Made by a program: the position numbers and the translations under genes
Part shown: in pieces, positions 12,975-26,554 of the stretch
How positions within the stretch are numbered: position 1 is the first letter of the stretch
Layout: each line of letters opens with the position of its first letter
Notes under the pieces: model-generated
Databases searched by the model: none
What the model saw: only the letters and a program-made list of their open reading frames with translations
Told to the model about the DNA's origin: nothing
NCBI GenBank assembly: GCA_964016885.1
Contig: OZ024740.1
Span: 345,526,001-345,590,000, forward strand
Direction of reading: 5' to 3'
DNA: 64,000 bases
Origin: Eledone cirrhosa
Lineage: Eukaryota

Positions 12975-14030
12975 TGTGAATTTCGGTTATCTAATCATAT
13001 ACGGTATGTTTACGAATAAATATTTGGAAAGCGTTTTAGCTATGACGATTGAAAAGCTAAATTCTAGAGCCGTCTAGCGGATTCCAGCAGAAGTAGCCAT
13101 GGACATCTGCCAACATGCTTCTTGCTCGAGCCATCATCAGGACAGTGCTTCCCCTCCTCCCTGCTGGAATTTGAAGCAGACGAAAATATACAGTTTTTTT
13201 GCCCATGTAGATGGGCTGATTATCCTCATTTGCATATGTAACTTTACAAGCCGTCTCAGCTAGAAAGTAGAATTAAAGTGTTCACTCTGACATATCTGTC
13301 TTTATATATAAGTTTGTGAATTTCGTATATCTAATCATATGCGGTACGTTTACTAATAAACACTTGGGAAGACTTTTTGCCATGAATATTGAAAAGTTGA
13401 CGACTAGCGCCGTCTAGTGGATTCTGGCAAAATATTTTATTTAGTATTCCGCTGTGAGGCGATCCTTACCTGAAGTATGGTTTTCTCTGAAACGTCAGTA
13501 CGCTTCAAAAATAGAATACAAGCATGAATTATTTTCCGTATGTACATAGGTGCACTTTCGGTTATCCTCTCTATATGTATACTGATATAACTATATCGCA
13601 TACTTCGTCTGCTAGCACACTTTTTAATATATATTTAAATTAACCATCAACACTAGCGATAATTATATGGAAATTAGTACAACCATTTTAGAATAATGTT
13701 ATAAGCAAATTGGTGTAAAACCCCATCAAATACGTGCCTTCGTCTGGTTGCTTGGATGATAGACACGTCTTCTGATGAGGGTCCATTTAGGTTTGCAAAT
13801 CGATTAAATATTTTTCTCCAATTTTCAATTTACAGGAAAATTCGTCTATCTATATACACATTGGAGGCAGTCTCAGTTACTCACTCTGTATGTATACAGA
13901 TATAACTTGATCTTACAAATCGGCTACTAACGTACATCTTAATATATATTTTAATTTACTCTTAACAGGAGCGCTAAATATATGCAAATTAGTACGTCCA
14001 TTTCAGAATAATAGGTATAGACACCCATCA
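12975..14030 (+). repeat. Two pairs of diverged direct repeats (12975-13093/13315-13432 and 13560-13700/13875-14015)
   Basis: gtgaatttcg..tatctaatcatat.cggta.gtttac twice; tatgtatac.gatataact...aaattagtac..ccattt.agaataat twice. Confidence 0.75.
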
Positions 14031-14380
14031 AGTATGATTACACATTGTATATACATATATATATTTGTATATATACAGATATAAATTTATATACATGTGT
14101 TTCAGGGCGCCTGTGTTTGTGTGCGGGCACATGCAACTGTGATTTCGTGTTTGTGTGTGTCACTGTACATATTATTACGTATAAATAAGCATGTGTGTGA
14201 GTGTGTGCGTACTTCTGATACACGCGTGCGTGAATTACTTTTCAATGAAAGAATTTTTAGCTATTTCCTCGTGTCCATCAGAATATCTGTGCGTGTTTGC
14301 CTTTTTACATGGCTGCTAATGAAATATAAACCGAACAAAGAGAGAGCGGTAAATAGTTGTTACATCAAACAGTGAGAATG

Positions 14381-14456
<76 letters not shown>

Positions 14457-14593
14457 GGAGGTTATATAGAACATTATTTGAAAACGTACACAATACCATT
14501 GTTATCCAAAGCCTTCACGTGTAGACATATGTATGTATATATGTCTGTCTGTCTGTCTGTCTGTTTGTATGTATGTGTGCGTATGTATGTATG

Positions 14594-14666
<73 letters not shown>

Positions 14667-15260
14667 GTAAAATAATGTAATGTAATGTAACATATTGTTT
14701 CATTTTTCCAGTTGACACCTTTCTCTTTCTCGCCCACACTATACTAGCTTTGCCCTTCCCTCCCTTCCTTTTATTTATGCACACGCAAGCCATTTGCTGT
14801 GCAGCATATTCTTTAAAATCTGAGGGCGAAATATACAAATAAAAAAAGGAAGTAAAAAATACTAAAAAGTAACAAAATGCAAAGCATTGAACAAAGTTTG
14901 TGTAAATTTTTCCCGAAAGTTTCCAGGACCAGACATATGTTCAGGAATGCAATTGCACGAGTTATTTTTAACAATATCACACTACCATATCAAATATCTT
15001 GTCTTCACTAATATGAAACTAGATGCGATGAAGCTTATATCTGATATTTATCAATCAGACGCGAAACGATAAATGATAATGTTGACTTTGGCAGGATTTG
15101 TATTCATATTGTGAAGGGATAGAAGTAAATATAGTTAATTGTAACTCAATAATAGAGTACCATGTTCTATCCAACCCACCGTTCTCGACAGAGCATATAA
15201 TAATAGTACTACTAATAATAATGATAATAATAATAATAATTACACACACATACACAAACA

Positions 15261-15299
<39 letters not shown>

Positions 15300-15394
15300 T
15301 ATATATATATACATACATATGTCTGTAAGTGAACGATTTGAATAGCATTGGTATTGGGTGGGTGTTCAAATGATGTCCTATATACACCCATAAG

Positions 15395-16330
15395 ATAGTT
15401 AAATGGACAGTGCAGGATATCAAAATAATGGATACTAAGACCCGTAAACTCTTCACATGTCACCGTTGAGAGACTCTACTTGAGTACAGGGGGAAGATCT
15501 AATCCAATTAGAGCTGCCCTTCAAGACAACAACAAATGGCCTGCAAAAATATCTGTAGGTAACGCATGGTTGGATGATGCAGGTAGTAAAACAGCATGGA
15601 GTGAGCAAAAACCTCTACTCTTTGATAACAGAAAGCACCAAATATATGCAGGAAATAAATCTAAGTGCAGAAGAGACACAGGAAACTCCTCTTCTACCGA
15701 GAGTATCAGCAAAAGGTATCAAAAATGAAAGCAAATGAAGCAACTCTTGAGCAGAGGAAAGAAAAATGGCAAAATAAGCCACTATATAGCCAGTACTTTA
15801 CTCGAATCAGACAAGCTCATTTAAAAAAAACCCAAACTCATCAGTTGCTGCGTACTACAGCACTGACAGCCAAAACAGGTTTCATACTGGTTGCACATGC
15901 CTTGCTACAAAAATTATCAGGCATACATATTGGGAAAACATAATGGCCCAAAATGCCGGTTCTGTGACAGAAATACTGAAACATTGGATCATCTTATATC
16001 TGTATGCAACTTCTGAGCGTCATATGAATATAAACATAGGCACAAGAGAATGGGACAGTACATCCTCTAGAAAAAATGTAAGACCCATTTAAAAGATGTA
16101 ACGAAAAAAAACGTTAATGAACATCATCCAGACCCGGTAAATGAAAATGGTAATGTAATAAATATTGTGGCATTTTACAATTATCACTGACATGCAAATC
16201 AAAGAAAATAGACCAGATATTATAATAGGAGATATATGCAACAAAATGTACTCCATGGTACACGTGTCAATATCTGGTGATTGCAAAATATCTTCGCAAA
16301 ATGTGAGCAGTACATTTTTTTCCTTTTGCA
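15395..16330 (+). mobile_element. R4/Dong-clade non-LTR retrotransposon, degenerate 3' half (thumb, CCHC knuckle, RLE)
   Basis: WTVQDIKIMDTKTRKLFT, VERLYL, EKWQNKPLY, PKCRFCDRNTETLDHLISVC, ILWHFTIITDMQIKENRPDIII. Confidence 0.85.
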
Positions 16331-16475
16331 CACGGTTTACCTGGCATGTGATCCAAGAGTTTGTCAATTACCTTGTTTATCAGGTCCAGTGCTCCAATTA
16401 CGACTAGAATAGTGATAGTCTTCATATCCCACATTATTATAATCAAAGATGCTTGTACTTTGAGATCTTTTCACA

Positions 16476-16516
16476 GGGTCGTGATAAACAGGCGAAACTC
16501 CAGTGTAACACGACCC
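16476..16516 (+). ncRNA. Hammerhead remnant lacking the CUGAnGA strand
   Basis: gggtcgtg...aggc-GAAAC-tccagt-GTA-acacgaccc: 8-bp stem I, GAAAC and GUA present, 5' core missing. Confidence 0.45.
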
Positions 16517-16596
16517 ACTATTTAGCCTTAATAAAATTAATATTATAGCTCTACTTCGGTATTGAGCACTTCTTTCTCACAGCCGTCAACCACGTG

Positions 16597-16658
<62 letters not shown>

Positions 16659-16665
<7 letters not shown>

Positions 16666-16928
16666 GTGAGGTTTTTTTTACAAAATGAAAAATAACCGAG
16701 GTGTCCTACACGAGTGGAAGTATAAAGAAAAAGGGATGAAATCGAAAATGCTACTGAAGTCTTATTTTTTTCTCACATCTGTGAGATGTGAGAAAAACCA
16801 CAGACCCTCCATCTCAACTCACCTTTTGAAAAGCAGAAGAACTGCGAAACCGGTAAAGGAACCAAATAAATATATATAATTTTTAAAAAAATAAGACTTC
16901 AGTTGCATTTTCGATTTCATCCCTTTTT

Positions 16929-16935
<7 letters not shown>
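16659..16935 (+). mobile_element. Solo pLTR-like element with 5' inverted tail copy in (TA)n (second copy 38833-39060)
   Basis: 16721-16770 is the reverse complement of 16886-16935; central hammerhead; (TA)n both sides. Confidence 0.8.
16822..16859 (+). ncRNA. Minimal type I hammerhead ribozyme, U3-A8 core
   Basis: cctt-TTGAAAA-gcag(aagaa)ctgc-GAAA-CCGG-TA-aagg; palindromic stem III ACCGGT; predicted cut after 16855. Confidence 0.85.
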
Positions 16936-16972
<37 letters not shown>

Positions 16973-17082
16973 ATATATTTGTAGTAAGGTTGTTTGGATG
17001 TGTCCTTAGGCGGTATGCCAGTTGAGTACTCTATGCTCCTTCGGAGCAGAGTATAATAATATGGAAAACGAAGAATCACTAG

Positions 17083-17175
17083 ACGTATCTGAGGTACTTA
17101 CGAATCCAGTGTCAGGTTCGATCAACAAACAGATCGTACCTCCAACTGTTCGCCGAAGAAACTATTGTAATACGT
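17083..17175 (+). ncRNA. Type I hammerhead with extended stem II (A9 altered)
   Basis: acgtat-CTGAGGT-~60 nt stem II-GAAAC-tatt-GTA-atacgt; homologous to 31853-31945. Confidence 0.65.
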
Positions 17176-17454
17176 AATAAATTGTGTTCCGATGGAGAAA
17201 CTGAAATTTCATTTCTCACTCTTAGTACGGCTGATACTTAAATATAAGTATGTATACTTACATACATATATGTATACAGACGTACAATAGTATGTATATA
17301 CATACATACATGCACACATATATATATGTGTACGTATGGGTTTACCGAACATTTATTATAATGCTCGTTTTTTTTGTAAAGAAACAGCCCGAATTATTAG
17401 CCGTACAGTGTTCGGCAACCATCGTTGCCATTTTGTTCAGCACTGACAAAGGAA

Positions 17455-17495
17455 CGATGAACTAGTTTCTAGTTTATTAGCTATCATCAGCACCG
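17455..17495 (-). ncRNA. Minimal type I hammerhead ribozyme, canonical core
   Basis: cggtg-CTGATGA-tag(ctaataaa)cta-GAAAC-TA-GTT-catcg; palindromic stem III ACTAGT. Confidence 0.85.
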
Positions 17496-17877
17496 TATAC
17501 ATTCCTGTCCGATGATTGAACGTTTGAAAGTATATACTTTCCTTATACATATTAACGGCTGAGTAGCCTAATTTGCATATCGAGTGAGTTAGTCGGCCGG
17601 GCGTACCGAAAACGATAAATGGAGAAAATGAAATTTTATTTCTCACTCTTAGTACGGCTGATTCTTAAATATAAATATGTATACGTACATACGCATATGT
17701 ATACAGACGTACAGTAGTATATATATACATACATGCACACATATATATATATGTACGTATGGGTTTACCGAACATTTATTATAATGCTCGGTTTGTTTGT
17801 AAAAAAACATCCCGAATTAGTAGTCGTACCGCGTTCGGCAACCATTGTTGCCAGATTGTTCAACACTGACAAAGGAA

Positions 17878-17918
17878 CGATGAACTAGTTTCTAGCTTAT
17901 TAGCTGTCATGAGCACCG
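17878..17918 (-). ncRNA. Hammerhead copy with core mutation (CTCATGA)
   Basis: cggtg-CTCATGA-cagctaataagcta-GAAACTAGTT-catcg. Confidence 0.7.
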
Positions 17919-18087
17919 TATTCCTTCCTGTCAGATGATTGAAATGAAATTTTATTTGTTCCATTTATCGTTTTCGGTACGCCCGGCCGACTAACTCACT
18001 CGATATGCAAATAATGTTACTCAGCCGTTAATATGCATAAGGAAAGTATATACTTTCAAACGTTCAATCATCTGACAGGAAGGTATA

Positions 18088-18124
18088 CGGTGCTGATGAT
18101 AGTTAATAAGAAACTAGTTCATCG
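18088..18124 (+). ncRNA. Hammerhead copy with 4-nt deletion in stem II
   Basis: cggtg-CTGATGA-tagttaataa-GAAACTAGTT-catcg. Confidence 0.7.
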
Positions 18125-18338
18125 TTACTTTGTCAGACTTGAACAAAATGGCAACGATGGTTGCCGAACACTGTACGGCTAATAATTCGGGCTGTTTCTT
18201 TACAAACAAACCGAGCATTATAATAAATTTTCGGTAAAACCATACGTACATATATATATATGTGTGCATGTATGTATATATACATACTTATATTTAAGTA
18301 TCAGCCGTACTAAGAGTGAGAAATGAAATTTCATTTTT

Positions 18339-18406
<68 letters not shown>

Positions 18407-18502
18407 GTTAAACAAGATTCAATGAGTACATCAAATAATGAGTTTTACAGTAGATTGGAAGCACTCTACAGTTAAACATATTTTCCAGAGTTTTTAATAT
18501 TA

Positions 18503-18790
18503 AAATACAAATATTAATAAAATAGATGTTCTTTTGATCAATTAAATTTCATTATACATATTTCAGAGGTACAACAGTACGTCCTCATCAGATACAATAA
18601 AATGATACGTCATACCCTGAGATGTTAAATGGTTAAGATTTAATCTTAACCATTAAATCATAACCATTTAACATCTCAGGGTATGTCATGTATCATTTTA
18701 TTTTATCTGATGAGGACTTACTGTTGTACCTCTGAAATATGTATAATAACATTTAATTGATCACAAGAACATCTATTTTATTAATATTTG

Positions 18791-18792
<2 letters not shown>
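18503..18792. mobile_element. ~290 bp palindrome with a hammerhead on each strand (18550-18595 minus, 18703-18749 plus)
   Basis: Arms reverse-complementary around ~18640; ttat-CTGATGA-ggac(g/t)tac(tgtt)gtacctct-GAAAT-atgt-ATA-ataa. Confidence 0.75.
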
Positions 18793-18824
<32 letters not shown>

Positions 18825-18992
18825 ACAAAGAAAGTGTGGTAAGAAGCCAGGTGGACCAAAACGCACTAGAGTACTCGATACTTAGTGTAGTAGAGAGTGT
18901 AATAGGAAAAGAGATCGGGACCCCGACGGCAGATCTCCGGCCTTTTCGACAGCTGGATCCGAACTAACGCAGTAGTATCCCATGTATATCTA

Positions 18993-19024
<32 letters not shown>

Positions 19025-19225
19025 GGAACGAGTAGGACCCCCACGGCTGAGCTCAAGCCGTTTCGACGGCTAATTCTTGACTAAAAATAGTCCAGAATTA
19101 GCCGTCGAAACGGCTTGAGCTCAGCCGTCGGGGTCATACTCGTTCCTATTACCCACTCTACTACCCTAAGTATTGAGTACTTTGGTGCGTTATGGTCCAT
19201 CTGGTTCCTTACCACATTTCCTTCG

Positions 19226-19228
<3 letters not shown>
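18825..19228. mobile_element. Three truncated pLTR copies of the GAGCTC-loop hammerhead family, including a palindrome centred at ~19085
   Basis: gtcGAAACggcttgagctcagccGTCggggtc and its reverse complement; tail gtggtaagga.ccagatggacca shared with 36153; (TA)n flanks. Confidence 0.85.
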
Positions 19229-19283
<55 letters not shown>

Positions 19284-20030
19284 GCACACTACGACAGTTT
19301 TTTTTACACGCAGTCCTCAGATAAATTTTCATTTCTCATTCTTCATTACCGATGATTTGCAGATGCAATATCAAAAGTACATATTCAGTTTCATATCTTT
19401 TAAAATTTGAGCTACAGGAAATATAACATTCTACGTGGACCAAAGATTAACTGAACTTGGATTCACTGTGAAAGTACGATGCTACATATTTTATCATTTT
19501 CACATAGAAGGTTTTAACAAAAAATTATTAAACTAAATATGTTTCTACTATATACTCAGCCACATTTATCTGGTACTGTGGTGACTGTTATGCTCACACA
19601 TACACACATACACACATACACACACATACATATATGACGATGCGCACACATACAAATAATCACATGTACATACGTTTCTGCCACATATATGCTGTAGTCA
19701 TCGAATTCCAGAGAAAGATTACATATATTTTGAGTTCAATATTAGACGCACGAGATTTGTGAATATTTTTGAAGTGTACTTTCTTGTACATAAACTGTAC
19801 TCTAAGGAAAATCTACCAGATTGTCTCAAAATCAAATATGTGATGGAGTAGCTTCCTATCCATGGGGAATTTATGTACGTTTAACGCATTGAAATCTGAG
19901 CTAAACACAGACATTTATGAGCCTCCAGGGGACTTTCTAATTTTAGTATTAACATATATATTTGAGAAAAAAACTACGTAAAAAACAGATTGAACAATAT
20001 ATATATATATGTATATATATATGTATGTAC

Positions 20031-20104
<74 letters not shown>

Positions 20105-20884
20105 GTATATATATACTGTCTCTCTCAACTACCCACACACAAGCACTCACACTCATATATATATATATAGTTGTATATATATATATATTTGTATATACAT
20201 ACATATATATATATACACACACATAAATATATGATGGTGTACATATACTCACATACATACTGATTTATACACAAACAAATGTATATGTATAAATATGTGT
20301 GTGTCATCATATGTGTGTCCTTGCGCACGCGCACAGGCGTGTGTATATATATACTCGTATGTGTGCGTGTGTAGGTTTAGGTGCCTACATGTCTCTGTGT
20401 AGGTGTGTTGTACATGTGCCTGGCGTCACTATACATTTTTGACATCTAGTAAATCTAAGCTTGAATACTTGCATAAGCGAAGCGTCTGGAATTTTTGGCA
20501 CTACCGTTGAGTGTGAGATGCCTGAAAACACCCCAACATACGAGAGGGATTCTTGCTTAACCATCTTCTCTCGTTGTTTTATGTACTGTTTTTTTTTTGT
20601 TATTAGTTTATTAGTTTATTTGTTTGTATATCTGCTATTTTGTTTGTTTATGTCTACGATTGTCTGTTTGTTTAATCTGAGGGGTCTCCCTGTTACTGAT
20701 GTTTGTTCTTTACACCAAACAGACACAAAGACAAAGACACACATACAAATTTACATATATACTTATATATATATATATACACACACAAACATTGTTCCTC
20801 TATCTCACTATCTATCTCACTCTCTCACTCACTCACGCATACACACTCGCACACATACTAAAACACATACACGCATATATATAT

Positions 20885-20948
<64 letters not shown>

Positions 20949-20953
20949 CATAT

Positions 20954-21071
<118 letters not shown>

Positions 21072-21241
21072 TATCTAAGACTGTCTGTATGTTTGTTTGC
21101 ATGTCTGTTAAGTTTGTGTATTTGTCAGTGCGTTTGTTCGTCTGATTCTATATCTCACTTTCTCTATCAGACTCCGTTAGTCTCTCTTCTTTCTTCTTCT
21201 CACGCAGATAGACGCAGACAAGGCAACAACTGAGATAACTG

Positions 21242-21289
<48 letters not shown>

Positions 21290-21390
21290 ATGTATATATG
21301 TATATGTGTGTGTGTGTATGTGTGTATCTGTGTGTGTGTATATGTATATATAATATAGGAAAATGTATGACCCCGACATATATATATATA

Positions 21391-21426
<36 letters not shown>

Positions 21427-21439
21427 CATACATACATAT

Positions 21440-21481
<42 letters not shown>

Positions 21482-21501
21482 GAAAGAGAGTGAGCGAGAG
21501 A

Positions 21502-21538
<37 letters not shown>

Positions 21539-23293
21539 CGAAAGAGAGAGAGAGAGAGAGATTTAAACACATGCATGCATATACATATATTTATTTGTAT
21601 GCATTTTATGTTTAACATGACCAAACATTAACTGGATAAGCAGAAGATACATATAAGTAGAGTATATAATTAATTCCTTCAAGGAACAATTTAACAGTGA
21701 CTTCCTCGCTTTACTCGTATTTGGATACATCCATCTGCAATTTCCATAGTGGCTGATGTTGACGAAGATGTAGTATATAAAGGAGGAGGGAATTGTATTT
21801 TCTAGGGAGAAGTGAAGTTTGGAATCGGTTGTTAAACTTATTTTTGTAAAATTGCCTCAAACTTTACCACACACTATATATAGAATTCTCATTTAGCTTG
21901 CTTTTTCCTAGTTAGTAAATGTCGTTGTTATTTGGTTGTTGTCGTCGTCGTCTTCTTCTTCTTCTTCTTCTTCTTCTTCTTCTTCTTCTTCTTCTTGACA
22001 ATAAAATATAGTAACAATCTAAGGTTTACTGAATTGTAAGAGCGTAGACCGAGATGTCTTGAGGTATTTCATACGGATATTTGAGTTCTGAAATTTTGGC
22101 AGACAGACTTAATACTTACACTTGGTTTAATACTTTCACCTGCTCTTATTTGTGTTTAGCATATGTTACTCTGCTGTAAGCGTTCGGTCAACCTCTTCGA
22201 GTTGAAGATAACTTCAGAAAGCTTTGGAGACAATATGCTTCCTTCTCCGTCAAAGAAGTAAAAACAATATTATTTATTTTTTACATTTTCAATGAAAATT
22301 GTATTATGAAGAGCATTTTTTTTACGTTGTATAGTAAAAGTTCAAATAAATAATTTAACAGAATGATTATGCTTTGCTTGTTATTTGCAGTAAGTATTGA
22401 AAAAATTACTATACTAGTGTACATCTGGTTTTGTCAATTAAATCAGATAGTTGTTATTGTTCCAATATTCAACCACACTGCGTTGCACCTTGAGGACTCA
22501 CCTTCTTCATGATTTTGGGTTGACTCAAAATTTATGAATGAAATTGGGTAGACGGAAACTGTGACAAAGTCAGTCGGTTGATTGTGCGTGAATTTAATAG
22601 GATCGACCTTGATGCATATTGTCTTATGCTGGTTCGCCTAGCATAATTGTCTGCATCATAGGTTAATTAACGAGTTGGACTTTCAGAAGATCGAATAATA
22701 GAATGCCCATCGTCGAAACTGACGGAGGATATTTCAACCGTACCATGGAAAAGAATTAATTACTAATGAGCAAATCAATAAATCATTTTTGAATTAGTTT
22801 TTAACCTAAAGATTAATCACAGACTGTTTTCCGATTTTTGATATATGACCCAAATTCTATTATATCAGTTGCTAACTCAGCATTTAAACTAATAACAAAT
22901 ATTCTATTATTTTGAATTTAAAGTATTTAGCAGTCAGATTTTGTGGTACGAATACTGATTTTTTAAATGAATATACAGAGCATATGAACCTATCCACAAT
23001 ATGTTTACATGAAATAAATATACGGCTTACTTCTCTGAAAGTATTTAAACTTCGAACATGTCATATTTGCTTCAATAAGCAGAAAGAAAAAATGCCTTTG
23101 CATATTGCTAGGGAACAGCTATTTACTTCTTACTGCCGAAATTATTGCAAATAATGTATTTTCAGTAAACAAAAATAATTGAAGATTAACTGGCTAGTAT
23201 TAATTGGGGCTAGAACTATATTAGCACCACGAAACGGCAAAAAGAGCAAAGATGTCACTCTCTATATATATATCTTATCTAAGACTGTCACTC

Positions 23294-23345
23294 TATTCCT
23301 AAGAGGTAGTGAATATATACATATATTCACTACCTCTTAGGAATA
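23294..23345. repeat. 52-bp near-perfect palindrome
   Basis: tattcctaagaggtagtgaatatat-ac-atatattcactacctcttaggaata. Confidence 0.9.
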
Positions 23346-24499
23346 TATATATATGATGGGATGATGAAAAAAAGGAGGTCAAACATGCAGTGATGTATTA
23401 TCGGTAGAATACACACAAAGATGAGAGAATAACCACACACGCACCCCCCCCCCCCACACACCCACACACCCACACACCCACCCACACACACACACACACG
23501 CACACACACATATACACATAACTTGAGAGACGAATTAAACAATGACAATAGTACACTAGGGACTGCTTCACATAACGCAGTCCCAGTCATTCGATTGAGG
23601 CGACACAAATCCATGGCCCAAAGAATAACAATTGTTAGGAAAGGAAAATGGGGTGTTTATATCTTACGAGTTCCCATCAGTGAGACACGTATGAAAGAAT
23701 TATAGAAAATTAGTTGCATTTGAGGTAAAAAATAAGGGAGATAATCAAGCGAGAATGGAAAATGAGGAAGGAGAGAAGCGATATAAATGTCACAAGGCAA
23801 ATATTCAACGCACTGTGTAATGTTGAATAATACAATAAACGAAAACAATATCTTGACGATAGAACCATTCAATTACAACGAAAAAGTCATTTCCACTAAT
23901 CGATCACACATTCGAAACCCGTCGTTTTTTATTTATAGAAGTGTGGAACAAAATATACCAGATCTTTATCACACTGGACATGCAAAAGATACAGGTAACT
24001 GCCTGGAAAATATGGGTCAAGACGGGAAAATGAGATAAAAGGAATGTCAATCATACAGAGATGTATAATCATTAAATTACACATGATTGAGAAATGACAA
24101 AAGGAAAGAAAAATTCACATAACCATGAAATGAAATCTACGGGACCACAAGCAAAAGTATAGTTAGAACTACTTGATAACATATATTTATGAAATTATTT
24201 CTCTCGTAATCACACTATACCAAATACAAATACTCAGCTACAACAAACACAATTAATTAATCACCATTACCCGTACTAAAAGCACTGAAATAAACAATAA
24301 ATTAATGCAGGAAATATATTATACCTTCTACAACAAAATATGTTTCACCAATATTAAATATACATTAGAAAGACGAAACCATCCATCAATTAAAACGGCA
24401 ACTAATCTAATACTGCACCAAACTAATCTTATCAAGAAAGAAAACCTTCGTAAGGGGCATTTTCAAATAGGATCTTATCGGAGGCACTATACTATAATA

Positions 24500-25121
24500 T
24501 TTACTCAAAAAGTTTTGAGACTGTTTTTTCTTTTTAGGCACTTTTAATTGACCTACGTAGCTGTCGCTCTAATACATCCTTGATATGGTTATAATAAGCT
24601 AACATACCAAATCTCTTTTTCGAGTTTGAAGTTCAGGCCGCTACAGCACTTTAAACACTACCCGACATACACGTCTTGTCACAGCTGACTGGTCATACAA
24701 TGCAGCTGGGACGTGAGGACAAATTTGAGGCTCGATATGCAATAAAGCTTTGTCAGAGCTCGGCACCAGGACATTTCCATTCAGGTGATCAACTAATTGG
24801 TCAATATGGCAACCAAGGTTTTCCCTCATTCTCCTTACAGTCCAGATCTAACCAGGCGAATTCTGGATATTCCTGAAGCTGATAAAGAAGCTCAGGTGTA
24901 ACCGAATTAAGGATGTGTAGGAGATGAAATAGGATGTGACAAGCTCCCTGAGCCCATTCACTTCGGAGGGTTACAAGGGGGTATTTCAGAGGTGGCTGGA
25001 GCATTAAAAGAGCATTGAAGTTGGAGGGTCCTACTTTGAGGGGCACTAGAATTTTGTGTTTATCTGACATAAATAAATGTCTCTCTGATAAAAGTCACAA
25101 AACCTATTGAATGTACCTCGA
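24500..25121 (+). mobile_element. Internally deleted mariner transposon
   Basis: EDKFEARYAIKLC N-terminus, PYSPDL motif, IEVGGSYFEG C-terminus; degenerate TIRs tcaaaaagttttgagact / agtcacaaaacctattgaa. Confidence 0.8.
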
Positions 25122-26554
25122 ATAAAAACACACACACAGCCCAAAACACAATTTTCAACATAATTAAACCACGTTACCATAAGCACGTCAACCACCAAAT
25201 AATTCACGTATATTCAACAAAACGGAATATATTTCTGAACTAAATTAATTATCCACACACACAATAAAAAAAATGCCTATTACACAAGAAAATCAAAACC
25301 TTTATACTGTTACTACGAGGAAAAGCATCATCAGGCCACATTCCCCTTCAGTATTGAATTATCCGCAAGGGTTGTGTCTACTGGATAAATTAGCACCCTA
25401 TACTCAGCAGTCCACTTAGTCTACCAAACCATTATGCTTGAAGGCTGTTGTCGAAACATTCCCAATGCGACAGTTCACTGTGAAAACAAAGTTAAACTAA
25501 AATTAAGCGATATTTGAAATAATCACTCCATAAACTCAGTAAAGAAAACATATTTCAGGCTAAATCGTTAAGTTAATAAAAAGCAATAAAACAAGTTTAA
25601 CCTAACCACTGCTCAAGTAAGTTAAATTCATCATTCAAGCCTTGAATTTAAAATAAACTAAGTAAATTAAAATTGGAAACGAAAATGCAGAAACAGCACT
25701 AAATGCTACATGAGAAAATGTACCTATATCCATTTAGCATAAAAAGCTACGTTTCCAGAAGCCAGAAACATGACAACCTCCCCATCTCGAATATACATTA
25801 AGCTGCTAGAAGCATAAGACCTATAAAATGAATAGAAAATAAACCAGTAGTTTATCCAAAGTAAAAGAAATAATCATCGAATCCTAACCCTTTCCCCATT
25901 ATATCTTATACTAAATGAAAACCATTGAGACAAAATAAATAAATTATTGCAGGCAATATATTATATTTTACAAAACAAAGTAGTAATAACACTACATTAC
26001 AAATATTCTAAAAGAAAAAAAAGCACTACCCAACCCCAGTCAACCAAAGCCTTAGCTTTATTAAAACTACATCAATTAATCCCATGAAAAGAGAAGCCCT
26101 CCATACCTTCGACTTTTAGCAGGAAATCTTAGTCCACATATCTGATATATGACACTACGATGTATATGAAATTATTTCTATCGTAATATCACTCATAACA
26201 TCTTAATGAAGTAAACGAATACAAGAAACCTAAAACAACACGAAGTACAATTACTCTGCTACAACTAATTACAGCTAAATAAATGAATTTATCGTCTTTA
26301 ACCACTTATACTAATCACAATACTAACAAACAAAACAGCGTAGAAAAAAAATCCAAAATTATTGCAGATATATTCCCTCTACAAAAAAGTATATTTTTGA
26401 CTGTATTACATACAGGCTAAAAAGAAGAAAAACGTTCTACCCATCTCTCATTTAGAACCTTAGCTAAATTAATCATATCACAAGAAAACCCTTTCGTAAC
26501 AGAACCCTTTCGATAGTCAGAGGTCTGACATTATAATATATATATATATATATC

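Larger units (their letters stand above)
17200..18340. mobile_element. 423-bp hammerhead-containing tandem repeat (~1.75 units) plus inverted unit; retrozyme/pLTR-like
   Basis: tttctcactcttagtacggctgat at ~17212 and ~17640; hammerheads 423 bp apart; 17946-18340 is reverse-complementary; ends in (TA)n. Confidence 0.85.

Noticed and set aside
13765-13800. CTGATGAG core word (also partial motifs at 12878 and 13469)
   Set aside because: No matching GAAA strand or stem I pairing.
15020-15075. Hairpin followed by GAAAC
   Set aside because: Core and stem I too degenerate to support.
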